Assembly: GCA_034670305.1 (NCBI GenBank)
Contig: JAXMNT010000003.1
Coordinates: forward strand, 128,001 to 192,000
DNA length: 64,000 nucleotides
Direction of reading: 5' to 3'
Source of the DNA: Deltaproteobacteria bacterium
Lineage (GTDB): Bacteria > Myxococcota_A > Polyangia > Polyangiales > Houyiibacteriaceae
In this document: one piece after another, positions 39,710-48,607 of the stretch
How the letters are laid out: each line of letters opens with the position of its first letter
How positions within the stretch are numbered: position 1 is the first letter of the stretch
Position numbers and translations under genes: made by a program
Notes under the pieces: model-generated
The model's database searches: none
What the model was told of the DNA's origin: nothing
What the model saw: the letters and a program-made list of their open reading frames with translations, nothing else

Positions 39710-40408
39710 TCACCAACTTCCGAGCGCGAAATGCACGTTGCCACTGTCGCCTGCTTGGTGGTCGGGCGAGCGGCCGCTCAATCCGATCGCCAACCCGACA
39801 CCGAGCCCGACGACCACGACACCAACGACGATGCCGACGATGAGTCCGACGTTCGAGCGCTCAGGCGGTGGTGGTTCAGCCAAGACCGCGTCGGTGTCCA
39901 CGACCGGATCGGGCTCTGGAACGGTGGTGTCCGGCGCCGCGTCTTGCACATGACGACGCAGGATCGCCAGGCGTGCCTCGATGGCAACCCGTTCGTCCTG
40001 GGCGGGTTCGGTCTGCAGGTACCGCTCGAAGGCTTCGATGGCGTCGGCGTCCCGCCTCAGCCGGTCGAACGACTGGCCGATGTTGAAGAGCAGCTCGTTG
40101 CGACCGCTGAGCGAGTGGGCCCGCTGGAACTGAGTCAGCGCTTCTTCGTAGCGGCCGGCCTCGTAGGCTGCGCGTCCCGCCAAGAAGAGCTCGCGTGCGG
40201 CGTTGTCGAGATGTGCTTCGACGTTGACCGCCTGCGTTTCGCCGACGACGGTGGCTTCGGCACTCGCCCCGGACTCCCCCGACTCCGCGGACGCACCGGA
40301 CTCCCCGGACTCCCCGGGCGGTTCTGGGGGATCCGATTGGGCGAACGCCACACCGGCGTACGAGCAGGTCATGGCGGCGAGCAGGAGGCGACATACCAGA
40401 GGGCGCAT
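39710..40408 (-). CDS. Secreted TPR protein with C-terminal hydrophobic segment
   Basis: Signal peptide ..AFAQ; ARELF..G..AYEAGRYEEAL..F..A, LLFNIG...DRL..AIEAFERYL; ends ..ALGSW; 4 nt from downstream lipoprotein start. Confidence 0.85.
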   Translation of the reverse strand: MRPLVCRLLLAAMTCSYAGVAFAQSDPPEPPGESGESGASAESGESGASAEATVVGETQAVNVEAHLDNAARELFLAGRAAYEAGRYEEALTQFQRAHSLSGRNELLFNIGQSFDRLRRDADAIEAFERYLQTEPAQDERVAIEARLAILRRHVQDAAPDTTVPEPDPVVDTDAVLAEPPPPERSNVGLIVGIVVGVVVVGLGVGLAIGLSGRSPDHQAGDSGNVHFALGSW

Positions 40409-40551
40409 GGCGAAGAACATACACCCGCTGGGGGCATCGCGCCTCTCCCCAGAAGGGTGACGGCCGAGGCTCTGCGGACCGTGCCCCCGCGCCAGAGCGA
40501 ACACTTCACAGCCGCCCAGGAGTCGTGAGATTCTGGCGCCGGAGGTAGGGG

Positions 40552-41640
40552 ATGAAAAAGTGGGGCAAACGCCTGGGGGGTGTCCTCGGGTTTCTCGTGG
40601 TGTGCGCGCTGATCTTTTACGCATGGGCGTGGTGGAAGACAGACCAGCGGCTCGCACAAGTCTGGACGATTGAAGACGTGGACATCCCGGTCCCCTTCCC
40701 GCTCACGGACACCGAGTTGCAGAGCTTGCGCGAAGAGCGACGCGCCGCCCTTCCGCCCGAGCCCGAGCTCGACGCCGACGACACCGCGGCCACCGACACC
40801 GTGGCCGATGAGACGGCATCGACCGAGAACGGGGACCCGCCCGACGAACCCGAAGTCGACGTGCTCGCCGGCGTCGACCTCGACGCGCTTGCCCTCGAGC
40901 GGGCCGTCGCCCGGGGCGAACATCTGGTGAACGCCATCTACGTCTGCGCCGAATGCCACGGCGCGGACCTCTCTGGTGGGGTGATGATCGACAGCGCCGT
41001 GATGGGGACGCTGCTGGGCCCGAACCTCACCAGCGGAGCGGGTGGCGTGACCGCTCAATACACCCCGGCGGACTGGAACCGCACGGTGCGACACGGCATC
41101 GGCCGCAGCAGCAAGGCGCTGGCGATGCCCTCGACCGACTTCATGCGGATGAGCGACCGCGAACTCTCCGACATCATCGCGTACGCAAGCTCGTTGCCCC
41201 CGGTCGACAACGTGGTGGAGCCGCCCTCGCTCGGACCGCTCGGCACCGTCCTGATCGCGACCGGCGCGCTCCCGCTCTCGGTGGATCTGATCGACCACGA
41301 CCGCGAACATCTGCGGTTCCCACCCGAAGAAGGACCAACCGCCGAATATGGGGAACACCTCGCAGCCGTCTGCACCGGATGCCACCGCGAAGACATGCGG
41401 GGTGGCCCGATCGAAGCCGGCGATCCGGACTGGCTGCCCGCAGCCAACCTCACGACGTTGCAAGACTGGAGCTACGACGACTTCGTGACTGCGATGCGGG
41501 ATCTCAAACGTCCCGATGGTTCAGACATTCGTTTGCCCATGGCGCTCATGGCGCCGTACGCCGAGCGTATGACTGAAGTCGAACTGCAGGCGCTCTGGGC
41601 CTACCTCGAGACCGCGGAACCGCTGCCCACCGGCGAGTAG
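40552..41640 (+). CDS. Membrane-anchored diheme c-type cytochrome
   Basis: CAECH and CTGCH, PNLT/ANLT, MP/PM axial Met candidates; GGAGG RBS. Confidence 0.92.
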   Translation: MKKWGKRLGGVLGFLVVCALIFYAWAWWKTDQRLAQVWTIEDVDIPVPFPLTDTELQSLREERRAALPPEPELDADDTAATDTVADETASTENGDPPDEPEVDVLAGVDLDALALERAVARGEHLVNAIYVCAECHGADLSGGVMIDSAVMGTLLGPNLTSGAGGVTAQYTPADWNRTVRHGIGRSSKALAMPSTDFMRMSDRELSDIIAYASSLPPVDNVVEPPSLGPLGTVLIATGALPLSVDLIDHDREHLRFPPEEGPTAEYGEHLAAVCTGCHREDMRGGPIEAGDPDWLPAANLTTLQDWSYDDFVTAMRDLKRPDGSDIRLPMALMAPYAERMTEVELQALWAYLETAEPLPTGE

Positions 41641-41671
41641 TCAGGCCAGCGTTCGCCAGCGAACTGCCCCT

Positions 41672-43243
41672 CTACTGCTCGACGCAGTAGAGCCGGTAGG
41701 TGCCGTTGCAGGTGAGATCGGAGAACTGCGTCCACAAGCTGTCGGTGGCCACGATCCATCCGGCCGTGCCGTAGGCCACGGGGCTCGTGGAGGTCCACCC
41801 GTTGCAGTGGGCCGCGGTCGCCACGCCCGAGACGTCGGTTCCGGTCCACGCCGTGTCCGCCACCGGTGTCGTCCGGCCGAACTCGTCGTAGCGGATCGGA
41901 GCCTGCAACGTTCCGTCGAGCGCATCCATCCAGTCGTCGGCGACGGTGACATTCGGCATGCCCTCGCGCGCCATCACGTAGGGCGCGGGCGATGGGAAGA
42001 AGCGGTCCCGCACATCGTCGAGCGGACTGCTGAGCCAGGCGACGTAGCGCCCGGTCCGGCCCACCGCACGCGCGGTCGCCTGACAGATCGAGTCTCCGTT
42101 CCGAACGTCCCCATCGATCGCCGTGACCGGAAAGCCCATCGAGGTGACGAACACAGCTTTGCCCTCGACGCAGAGCCCATCGACACACGACGACCGCCCG
42201 TCACGGGCGCAGTCGCCGTTGTCGACGCACGTGGTCTCGCACGCCGCGCCGGAGCTGCATGCAAACGGGATGCACGCCAGCGAGTCGCTGCCCGCGAACT
42301 CATCGGCCGGACAGGAAGCTGTCGTGCCGGCACACGTCTCCTCCACATCGCAGGGCCCCGCCACCGATCGACACACTGTACCCGTCTCCGCGAACCGATC
42401 GGCCGGACACGAGGTGCTGCTCCCGGTGCACGTCTCTTGCAAGTCGCACGCGCCGGCGGCCGCGCGACACACCGTGGTCGCGGGCTGAAACCCGTTGGCC
42501 GGACACGAGCGGCTGCTGCCAGTGCAGACCTCCGCCCGGTCGCACACCCCGGACGCGCTCCGGCATTCGGTCCCCGCGGTCGCGAAACCATCCACGGGAC
42601 ACGCCCCTGCGCTGCACGACTCTGCGACGTCACACGCGCCGCCCCGCGCCCGACACACCGTGCCGTCCGGTGACGGCGCACACCCACCCGCGCCGTCGCA
42701 GAGACCGAGGTCACAGCCCGCCACGTCCGCCGTGCACTCGTCGCCCGGGTCGGTGCCTTCTTCGACCGGCCGACACAGTCCGTCGGCCGCGGCGGTGTCG
42801 ACCGTGCGGCACGAGCGGCAGAGGCCTCCGCACGCCGACTCGCAGCACACGCCATCGACGCAGAAGCCGGTGGCGCACTCGCCGCCGGCCCCGCATGCAC
42901 CGCCCAGAGAGGTCCGGGCATCCATGCCTGCATCCATCGCGCCTGCGTCGACGCCTCCGTCTTCACGCGACGCATCCGGGTCCACGAACGCATCCGTCGG
43001 CGCATCTTCGAACCGCGCGTCTTCGAGACCGCCGTCTCCGAGGCCGCCGTCTTCGACGCCGCCATCTTCGGAGCTTGCGTCGCCAGGCATCGAACCCGAG
43101 TCGGCCGCGAGCGCATCGGTCGCACCGTCGAGTGCACCGCCACCATCCAACCGGTCCTCGCCTGCGTCGACGTCCAGACCGTCGTCGCCGCATGCGGCTC
43201 CGAGCAACAGAGAAAGGAGCACACCCAAGGCACGAAATCGCAT
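41672..43243 (-). CDS. Lipoprotein with four disintegrin-like repeats and C-terminal DUF1554-like domain
   Basis: GAAC lipobox; T.CR...G.CD..E.C.....CP x4; VFVTS..D.ICQ..A..YVAWLS..WTGT..CNGWTS..C...RLYCVEQ. Confidence 0.8.
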   Translation of the reverse strand: MRFRALGVLLSLLLGAACGDDGLDVDAGEDRLDGGGALDGATDALAADSGSMPGDASSEDGGVEDGGLGDGGLEDARFEDAPTDAFVDPDASREDGGVDAGAMDAGMDARTSLGGACGAGGECATGFCVDGVCCESACGGLCRSCRTVDTAAADGLCRPVEEGTDPGDECTADVAGCDLGLCDGAGGCAPSPDGTVCRARGGACDVAESCSAGACPVDGFATAGTECRSASGVCDRAEVCTGSSRSCPANGFQPATTVCRAAAGACDLQETCTGSSTSCPADRFAETGTVCRSVAGPCDVEETCAGTTASCPADEFAGSDSLACIPFACSSGAACETTCVDNGDCARDGRSSCVDGLCVEGKAVFVTSMGFPVTAIDGDVRNGDSICQATARAVGRTGRYVAWLSSPLDDVRDRFFPSPAPYVMAREGMPNVTVADDWMDALDGTLQAPIRYDEFGRTTPVADTAWTGTDVSGVATAAHCNGWTSTSPVAYGTAGWIVATDSLWTQFSDLTCNGTYRLYCVEQ

Positions 43244-43326
43244 CGCTCCACTCTAGGTGGCCCGGACACCGTCCAGTCTTAGCGATCTCTTACACGCGGC
43301 GACGCGCTTCGGACGGGCGCCGAGGG

Positions 43327-46191
43327 TTAACGGGTGGAGATGGTCAGCACGCGATCCAGGTCCGTTGCCCACCGACGTCCGGCGTCTGCCGCAGAGGTCG
43401 GCGTGCGCCACACCGTGGCGTCCCAGAGCCGCGTGGTTCCATCCCACGAAGCCGAGCGCAGGCCGCCGTCCTCGAACGCCACGAACGAGACCCGCCGCCG
43501 ATGCGCGCGGAGGGTTGCGATCCGTTCCCCACCGATGCTTCGAACCTCGACGCGCCCATCCTCGAACCCGAGCGCCACCACCTCCGCGTCGCCGTCGACC
43601 GCAATGTCCAGCGGCGTGCCGTCGAGCACCGCCACCAACGTCGCCTCTCCAGACGCAACGACCCGGCGCAGCTCGAACGATGTGACGACCCACGCCTCCC
43701 GGTCACCCAAGGGCGCCACCGCAAGCGCACCGGGCTGGCTGCCCATGCGCTCGCTCGTCCCATCCGAACGCACGCGAACCAACGTGCCGTCGAGACCAAC
43801 CGCCCAGACGAACGCTCCGTTGTCGGTGGCCGCAAGATCGAGCGCGGGCGCGGCCTCGATCGCCTCGCGGGCGCCGCCCCTGGACCACAGACCGAAGTCG
43901 GGCCCGTAACCCAAGGTCAGCAAACGTCCGTCCGCGAAGTAGGCGAGACGCCGAAGCGCGCGCGATTCCTCGAATCCGGCCACCCGCTCGAACGTGTGGC
44001 GGTCGAACACCCGCAGTCCGTCGCCCGCGTTGGCCAGCGCCACCGCGATGTGGCGCCCGTCCGGCGACACCGCGACCGCCTTGAGCGCACAGCCCTCGCA
44101 GATCTGGAGGTCGCGGCGCCCGGTCGTTTCCAGGACGCTGAGGATGCCGTCGCCGCGGGCCGCGAGGGTGAGCCCTGGCGCGTCGCCAATCGCAGTCAGC
44201 CCCTCGGGCAGCTGATGCTGGCGCGCCACTCCGAACCCATCCACCGCCAGCGTCTCGACCCCGTCTCGCGAGGCCAGCGTCAGCGAGTCGTCCCCCGCGT
44301 CCAGGATGCGCACCACCCGCTGCGGAAGTCGGAAGAGCACCCCGCCCGACCGGTCGCTCACGCGCACGCTGCCGTATTCTCCCCGCGAAAGGATGGCGTC
44401 CTGAAAGAAGCGCAGCTCGCGGATGCGGCTCGCCGGTTCCGAGAACTGCAGGAGCGGCGGACCGGCGTCCCCGATCCGATGCAACGTCACCCGACCATCG
44501 AGATCTCCCACCGCGAGCCGTCCGGTCGGCAAGTCGAGCGCCAGCGCCGAGATCCGAGCGGTGCCCGGCGACCGGCACGCCACCGCCGAGACCCGTTCGA
44601 ACGATTCGTCGAGCTGCACGACCTCTCCGTTCGGACACCCCACCACGACGACGTCCGCCGCCGCCGTCAACGTCTGAACGTTGTCTTCACCACATGGCTT
44701 TCGAAGCTGCAGCTCCGACTCGCTCCAGCGGTACAGCGTGGTGGACGAAGCAAAGATCACCCGTTCGTCGGGAGCCCGGCCCACGACGAACACCGGAAGC
44801 AGCCGCGACACGACGAGCCCCTCCGCGACCGTGCGACCATCCCGCGCAGCCACGATCGTGAGCTCGTCTTCGATCGTCGACCACGCCGCCCACTGCTGGC
44901 CGAGTGCGCCCTGGGCGGCCGGCCCCTGACGTTCCCAGCCGACCGCGTCTCCGCCCCACAGCCCCACCGTTGCACCGTCTGCGCACAGCACCTGCGCGCC
45001 CTGGGTCGCGAGCGGATGCGAGCACGACGACCCACGCGCCCAGCGCAAGTCGGGGGACGGAAGCGCGGCCAACACCCCACGCGCAACCGGAGAATCCCGG
45101 CGCGAGAGCGCGTGACTCGCGAGCACCTGCGCCTCGGGCCAGGCGCCCCGCTCGTATGCAAGCACCGACTGGCTCTCGAGCAACGACGCGACCGAACGCT
45201 CCGCATCCTGAAGCGCCGCTTGCGCTTGTGCTTCGGCGTCCACCGCCCTCCCCCGCTCGCGCGAGAGCCGCACGCCCGCGACGCCGACTCCCATCGCAAG
45301 CAGCAGGAGGAAGAGCGCCGCGAGCGAAAGCGGCAAACGGAACGCGCGCAGGAAGCGGGCGGCGACCTCGCGGCCCGAGTACGCGTACGCCGCCACCCGG
45401 CGTCCCTCGAGGTACGCCTCGAGGTCGCGCGCGAGCGGTTCGGCCGTGGCGTAGCGTTCCCCGCGCGGCGAAGTGGCCTTCGCGACGACGGCACCAAGCT
45501 CCGCTGGCGGATCAGGATGCACTTCTCGCAGCACGACGCCGAGTGCGTGCACGTCGTCGTCCGGCTGCGCGCGCTGACCGGCCAGCTGCTCCGGGCTGCT
45601 GTAGCCGGGGGTCCCGTCGCCCGGGCAGCCCGCGTCGTTCACCGACACCGCGAGTCCCCAGTCGACGACCAGCACCTCACCGAAGTCGCCCACCATCAGG
45701 TTCGCGGGTTTCAGATCGCGGTGCACCACCCCGCGTGAATGGGCATAAGCGACCGCCTCGCACGCGGACAAGAACGCGCGCAGCAACGGACTTCGTTCGT
45801 GCGCCGGGGTCGACTCCAGCACCGACGCGAGCGAGCGGCCTCGAACGAGCCGCATCGCGTAGAAGGGCAGCCCCTCTTCGTCGAGACCCGCGTCGTAGAT
45901 CGGCACGATGCCGGGATGTTCGAGGCCCGCCGTGATGCGGGCTTCACGGGCGAGTCGTGCCCGAAGCGCAGGGTCGCCATGCGGGAGCACACGCTTGATC
46001 GCCACCTCCCGGTCGAGCCGTCGATCGACCGACGCATGCACCACACCCATGCCGCCTTCGCCGAGCGCAGGTCCCTCTTCGTACCGATCCGCTTCCTGCG
46101 TCCCGAAGTCCGACTTCTCGGTGTCCGCGCTCGGCGCACCGCCCGTGTCCGCGACACTGAGGCCAGCCACGGAGCGGTCGCGGCGCGCCAT
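43327..46191 (-). CDS. Membrane Ser/Thr kinase with C-terminal WD40 repeats
   Basis: GEGGMG, VAIK, HRDLKPAN, DWG, GTPGYSSPEQ; TM; AVSPDG, AHRRRV..SASWDGTTRLWD; ATG 46191. Confidence 0.9.
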   Translation of the reverse strand: MARRDRSVAGLSVADTGGAPSADTEKSDFGTQEADRYEEGPALGEGGMGVVHASVDRRLDREVAIKRVLPHGDPALRARLAREARITAGLEHPGIVPIYDAGLDEEGLPFYAMRLVRGRSLASVLESTPAHERSPLLRAFLSACEAVAYAHSRGVVHRDLKPANLMVGDFGEVLVVDWGLAVSVNDAGCPGDGTPGYSSPEQLAGQRAQPDDDVHALGVVLREVHPDPPAELGAVVAKATSPRGERYATAEPLARDLEAYLEGRRVAAYAYSGREVAARFLRAFRLPLSLAALFLLLLAMGVGVAGVRLSRERGRAVDAEAQAQAALQDAERSVASLLESQSVLAYERGAWPEAQVLASHALSRRDSPVARGVLAALPSPDLRWARGSSCSHPLATQGAQVLCADGATVGLWGGDAVGWERQGPAAQGALGQQWAAWSTIEDELTIVAARDGRTVAEGLVVSRLLPVFVVGRAPDERVIFASSTTLYRWSESELQLRKPCGEDNVQTLTAAADVVVVGCPNGEVVQLDESFERVSAVACRSPGTARISALALDLPTGRLAVGDLDGRVTLHRIGDAGPPLLQFSEPASRIRELRFFQDAILSRGEYGSVRVSDRSGGVLFRLPQRVVRILDAGDDSLTLASRDGVETLAVDGFGVARQHQLPEGLTAIGDAPGLTLAARGDGILSVLETTGRRDLQICEGCALKAVAVSPDGRHIAVALANAGDGLRVFDRHTFERVAGFEESRALRRLAYFADGRLLTLGYGPDFGLWSRGGAREAIEAAPALDLAATDNGAFVWAVGLDGTLVRVRSDGTSERMGSQPGALAVAPLGDREAWVVTSFELRRVVASGEATLVAVLDGTPLDIAVDGDAEVVALGFEDGRVEVRSIGGERIATLRAHRRRVSFVAFEDGGLRSASWDGTTRLWDATVWRTPTSAADAGRRWATDLDRVLTISTR

Positions 46192-47090
46192 CAGGTGCGG
46201 TCCTCGACTTCGTCCGCTTCCCCGAGCGAGAGCACGACCTGACCCACGCCATCCATGGACACCAAGTCCTGGCGAATGCCCGCGGCGCGCAGCTTCTTGC
46301 GCAACCGGTTGAGCGCCACGTCCCACCGCGGCCGCAAGTCGGGTCCCGCGTCGTCCCCCTTCCAGACCTCGCCCGCGACGGTGAGCCAGTGCGCCGAGCC
46401 ACCGAGCGAGACCAGTTCGCTGACGATGCGCGCAGCGAGTCCGCCGAGCAGCACGGAGGGGTGTCCGGCGCGCACGATCTCGGCGACGTCCCACGACGCG
46501 ATGATGCGCAGCGGTTCGCCGATCGCGCCTTCCGCCCGCGTCGCCAGCACCGGCCCCGTCGTCGGGAGTGCCACCAGTGTGAACGAGACGTCGTCCACGC
46601 GGAACGCGTGCCCTGCCTCGACCACCACCGCGTCCGCCTCGGCGACCCGCAACTTCCAAACGTCCCCCGACCACCACAGATGCGCAGCCGCTTCGGGCAC
46701 GAACCGCGAGAGCACGCGCGGCCCCGTCGGATGACGGACCACGCTCGCCACAGCGGCGAGCAAGCGCACCCCGAGTCCCTCCGCCTGAAGTCCGAGGACC
46801 CGTTCGGGCACGTCGACCCGCACGACCTTGACGATCAGACCGTCCGCGAACCCGAGCTCGAGCCCTGCGCAGAGCGGCACCTCCCGCATCGGCTGCCCGT
46901 TCACTGCGACCAATCGCCGAAGCGACAAGAGCACGAGCTGGCCGCCCCGCAGGCTGACCATCGCATGCGCCTCGCTCACCCGCGGGTCGTCTAGAAACAC
47001 CGCCGCCTTGTCGAGCCGCCCGATGAGATCGCCATGGACGACCACGACCCGCTCGCCACCCGGCAGCTCCAACTCAGCGCTCGCCCGCAC
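46191..47090 (-). CDS. FHA-domain protein with C-terminal winged-helix-like domain
   Basis: IGR....LDDPRVSEAHA FHA motif; VAGEVW..WDVALNRLRKKL resembles OmpR-type HTH; TGATG overlap with kinase. Confidence 0.8.
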   Translation of the reverse strand: MRASAELELPGGERVVVVHGDLIGRLDKAAVFLDDPRVSEAHAMVSLRGGQLVLLSLRRLVAVNGQPMREVPLCAGLELGFADGLIVKVVRVDVPERVLGLQAEGLGVRLLAAVASVVRHPTGPRVLSRFVPEAAAHLWWSGDVWKLRVAEADAVVVEAGHAFRVDDVSFTLVALPTTGPVLATRAEGAIGEPLRIIASWDVAEIVRAGHPSVLLGGLAARIVSELVSLGGSAHWLTVAGEVWKGDDAGPDLRPRWDVALNRLRKKLRAAGIRQDLVSMDGVGQVVLSLGEADEVEDRT

Positions 47091-47227
47091 ACCGCACACT
47101 AGAACGCATCCCCGGTACGACCGCCAGCGATGTCGGGTGTCTCCCGCCGGCGCCCTTCCCTCCAGGTCCGACGCGCACCGTGGATCTAGGGGTGGCTGCC
47201 TCGCCGTGGGTCACTAGAGTGCGCTTG

Positions 47228-47263
47228 GTGCCTCCTCCCCAGACAGAAACCCGAGACGCGTGA
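47228..47263 (+). CDS. Putative leaderless 11-aa uORF (MPPPQTETRDA)
   Basis: TAGAGT (47215-47220) 7 nt before GTG; stop overlaps desaturase start (GTGA). Confidence 0.3.
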   Translation: MPPPQTETRDA

Positions 47264-48075
47264 CCTACGTCTACTGGTTGGCGGGGCTCTCGGTGATCTT
47301 CGTCGTGATCGAACGGCTGAAGCCGCGCCAACCGGACCCCGGGATCCTGCGACCGCAGATCCTGACCGACCTCTTCTACCTGGTCTTCAACGGACACTTC
47401 CTCGGCGTGCTGATCGCCACGCTTGCCGCCCCGCTCCTCGTGCGACTCGACGCCAGCTTGACCAGCTGGGACCTGTACGGTTGGTTTTACTTCGGGCTCG
47501 CCGAGGACTGGCCGCTCTGGGCGCAGATCCCCGTCGCGCTGGTTGGCATCGACTTCCTGCACTGGAACATCCACCGGATGCTGCACGCGGTGCCGTGGCT
47601 CTGGAACCTGCACAAGGTCCACCACAGCGCGCCGCACCTCGACTTCATCGTCAGCCTGCGTTTTCACTGGGCCGAGATCGTCGTCTACAAATCGTTGACC
47701 TACCCGCTGCTCGCGCTGCTCGGATTCAGCGGCGAAGCCCTCTTCGCGCTCGCGGTCATCAACACCGCCGTCGGTCACTTCAACCACGCCAACCTCGACG
47801 TGCACATCGGCCCGTTGAAGTACGTGCTCAACAACCCCGCGATGCACGTCTGGCACCACGTCCACCCAGACCACGGCCCGCTGCACTGCAACTTCGGCAT
47901 CACGCTCAGCCTGTGGGACTGGATCTTCGGCACCGCCCACATGCCGGACCACCACCCGGCCCGGCTCGGCTTCGAACACATCGAAGACTTCCCGACCACC
48001 CCGCCTGGGCAACTGCTGCTCCCACTCCCGATCGAAGCCGCGATCCGCAAGCGCCGCCAACCGGAAACGCCCTAG
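47260..48075 (+). CDS. Sterol desaturase/fatty acid hydroxylase family protein
   Basis: His boxes HRMLH, HKVHH, RFH, FNHAN, HVWHH; NFG..LS.WD.IFGT. Confidence 0.92.
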   Translation: MTYVYWLAGLSVIFVVIERLKPRQPDPGILRPQILTDLFYLVFNGHFLGVLIATLAAPLLVRLDASLTSWDLYGWFYFGLAEDWPLWAQIPVALVGIDFLHWNIHRMLHAVPWLWNLHKVHHSAPHLDFIVSLRFHWAEIVVYKSLTYPLLALLGFSGEALFALAVINTAVGHFNHANLDVHIGPLKYVLNNPAMHVWHHVHPDHGPLHCNFGITLSLWDWIFGTAHMPDHHPARLGFEHIEDFPTTPPGQLLLPLPIEAAIRKRRQPETP

Positions 48076-48587
48076 ACGTCCTTTGTGAAGAGCATCCAGA
48101 TGGCGACGCCGCCGAAGCAGAGCGCGACCATCGGACGATCGAGCAGGAAGAAGAAGGCGACGCCGAACAGCCCGAACATCGCGGCGATCGGGAGGCGGTG
48201 TTTCAACTCAAGCGGCTCCCGCATCGCCCTTCGGCCCGCGAGGTCGTCCGCGTGGGCGTGGTCGCGGGGGTGCGAGAGCTTCAGGAGGAACGGCACGTCG
48301 TCGTCGGTGAAGAGCGGCGTGACCGTGGCGCCTTGGGCCAAGTGGTCGACCACCATGCCGTCGACGTGGAGCCGGTGGTCCAGTTCGCCCACGCTTCGCC
48401 CGCGCCCGCCTTTGAGCTTGAGCGCGCAACGAAGCGTGTCTCCCTCACGGGTGGTGACGGTGAACGGGAGTTCGTCGCCCGAGGTGAGCGCGCGCAGGTC
48501 CCCCCGGTCGAGCCGGAGCGCGACGTGCGACATGCCTTCTCCGTGTTCGACTTCGAGCTGCACGACGCCGAGAATGACACGACCCAC
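48072..48587 (-). CDS. Hypothetical protein with two C-terminal TM helices
   Basis: Good codon bias; IAAMFGLFGVAFFFLL and MVALCFGGVAIWMLF; start uncertain (48587/48563). Confidence 0.6.
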   Translation of the reverse strand: MGRVILGVVQLEVEHGEGMSHVALRLDRGDLRALTSGDELPFTVTTREGDTLRCALKLKGGRGRSVGELDHRLHVDGMVVDHLAQGATVTPLFTDDDVPFLLKLSHPRDHAHADDLAGRRAMREPLELKHRLPIAAMFGLFGVAFFFLLDRPMVALCFGGVAIWMLFTKDV

Positions 48588-48607
48588 GCCGGGTCTGCAT
48601 CCCAGCG

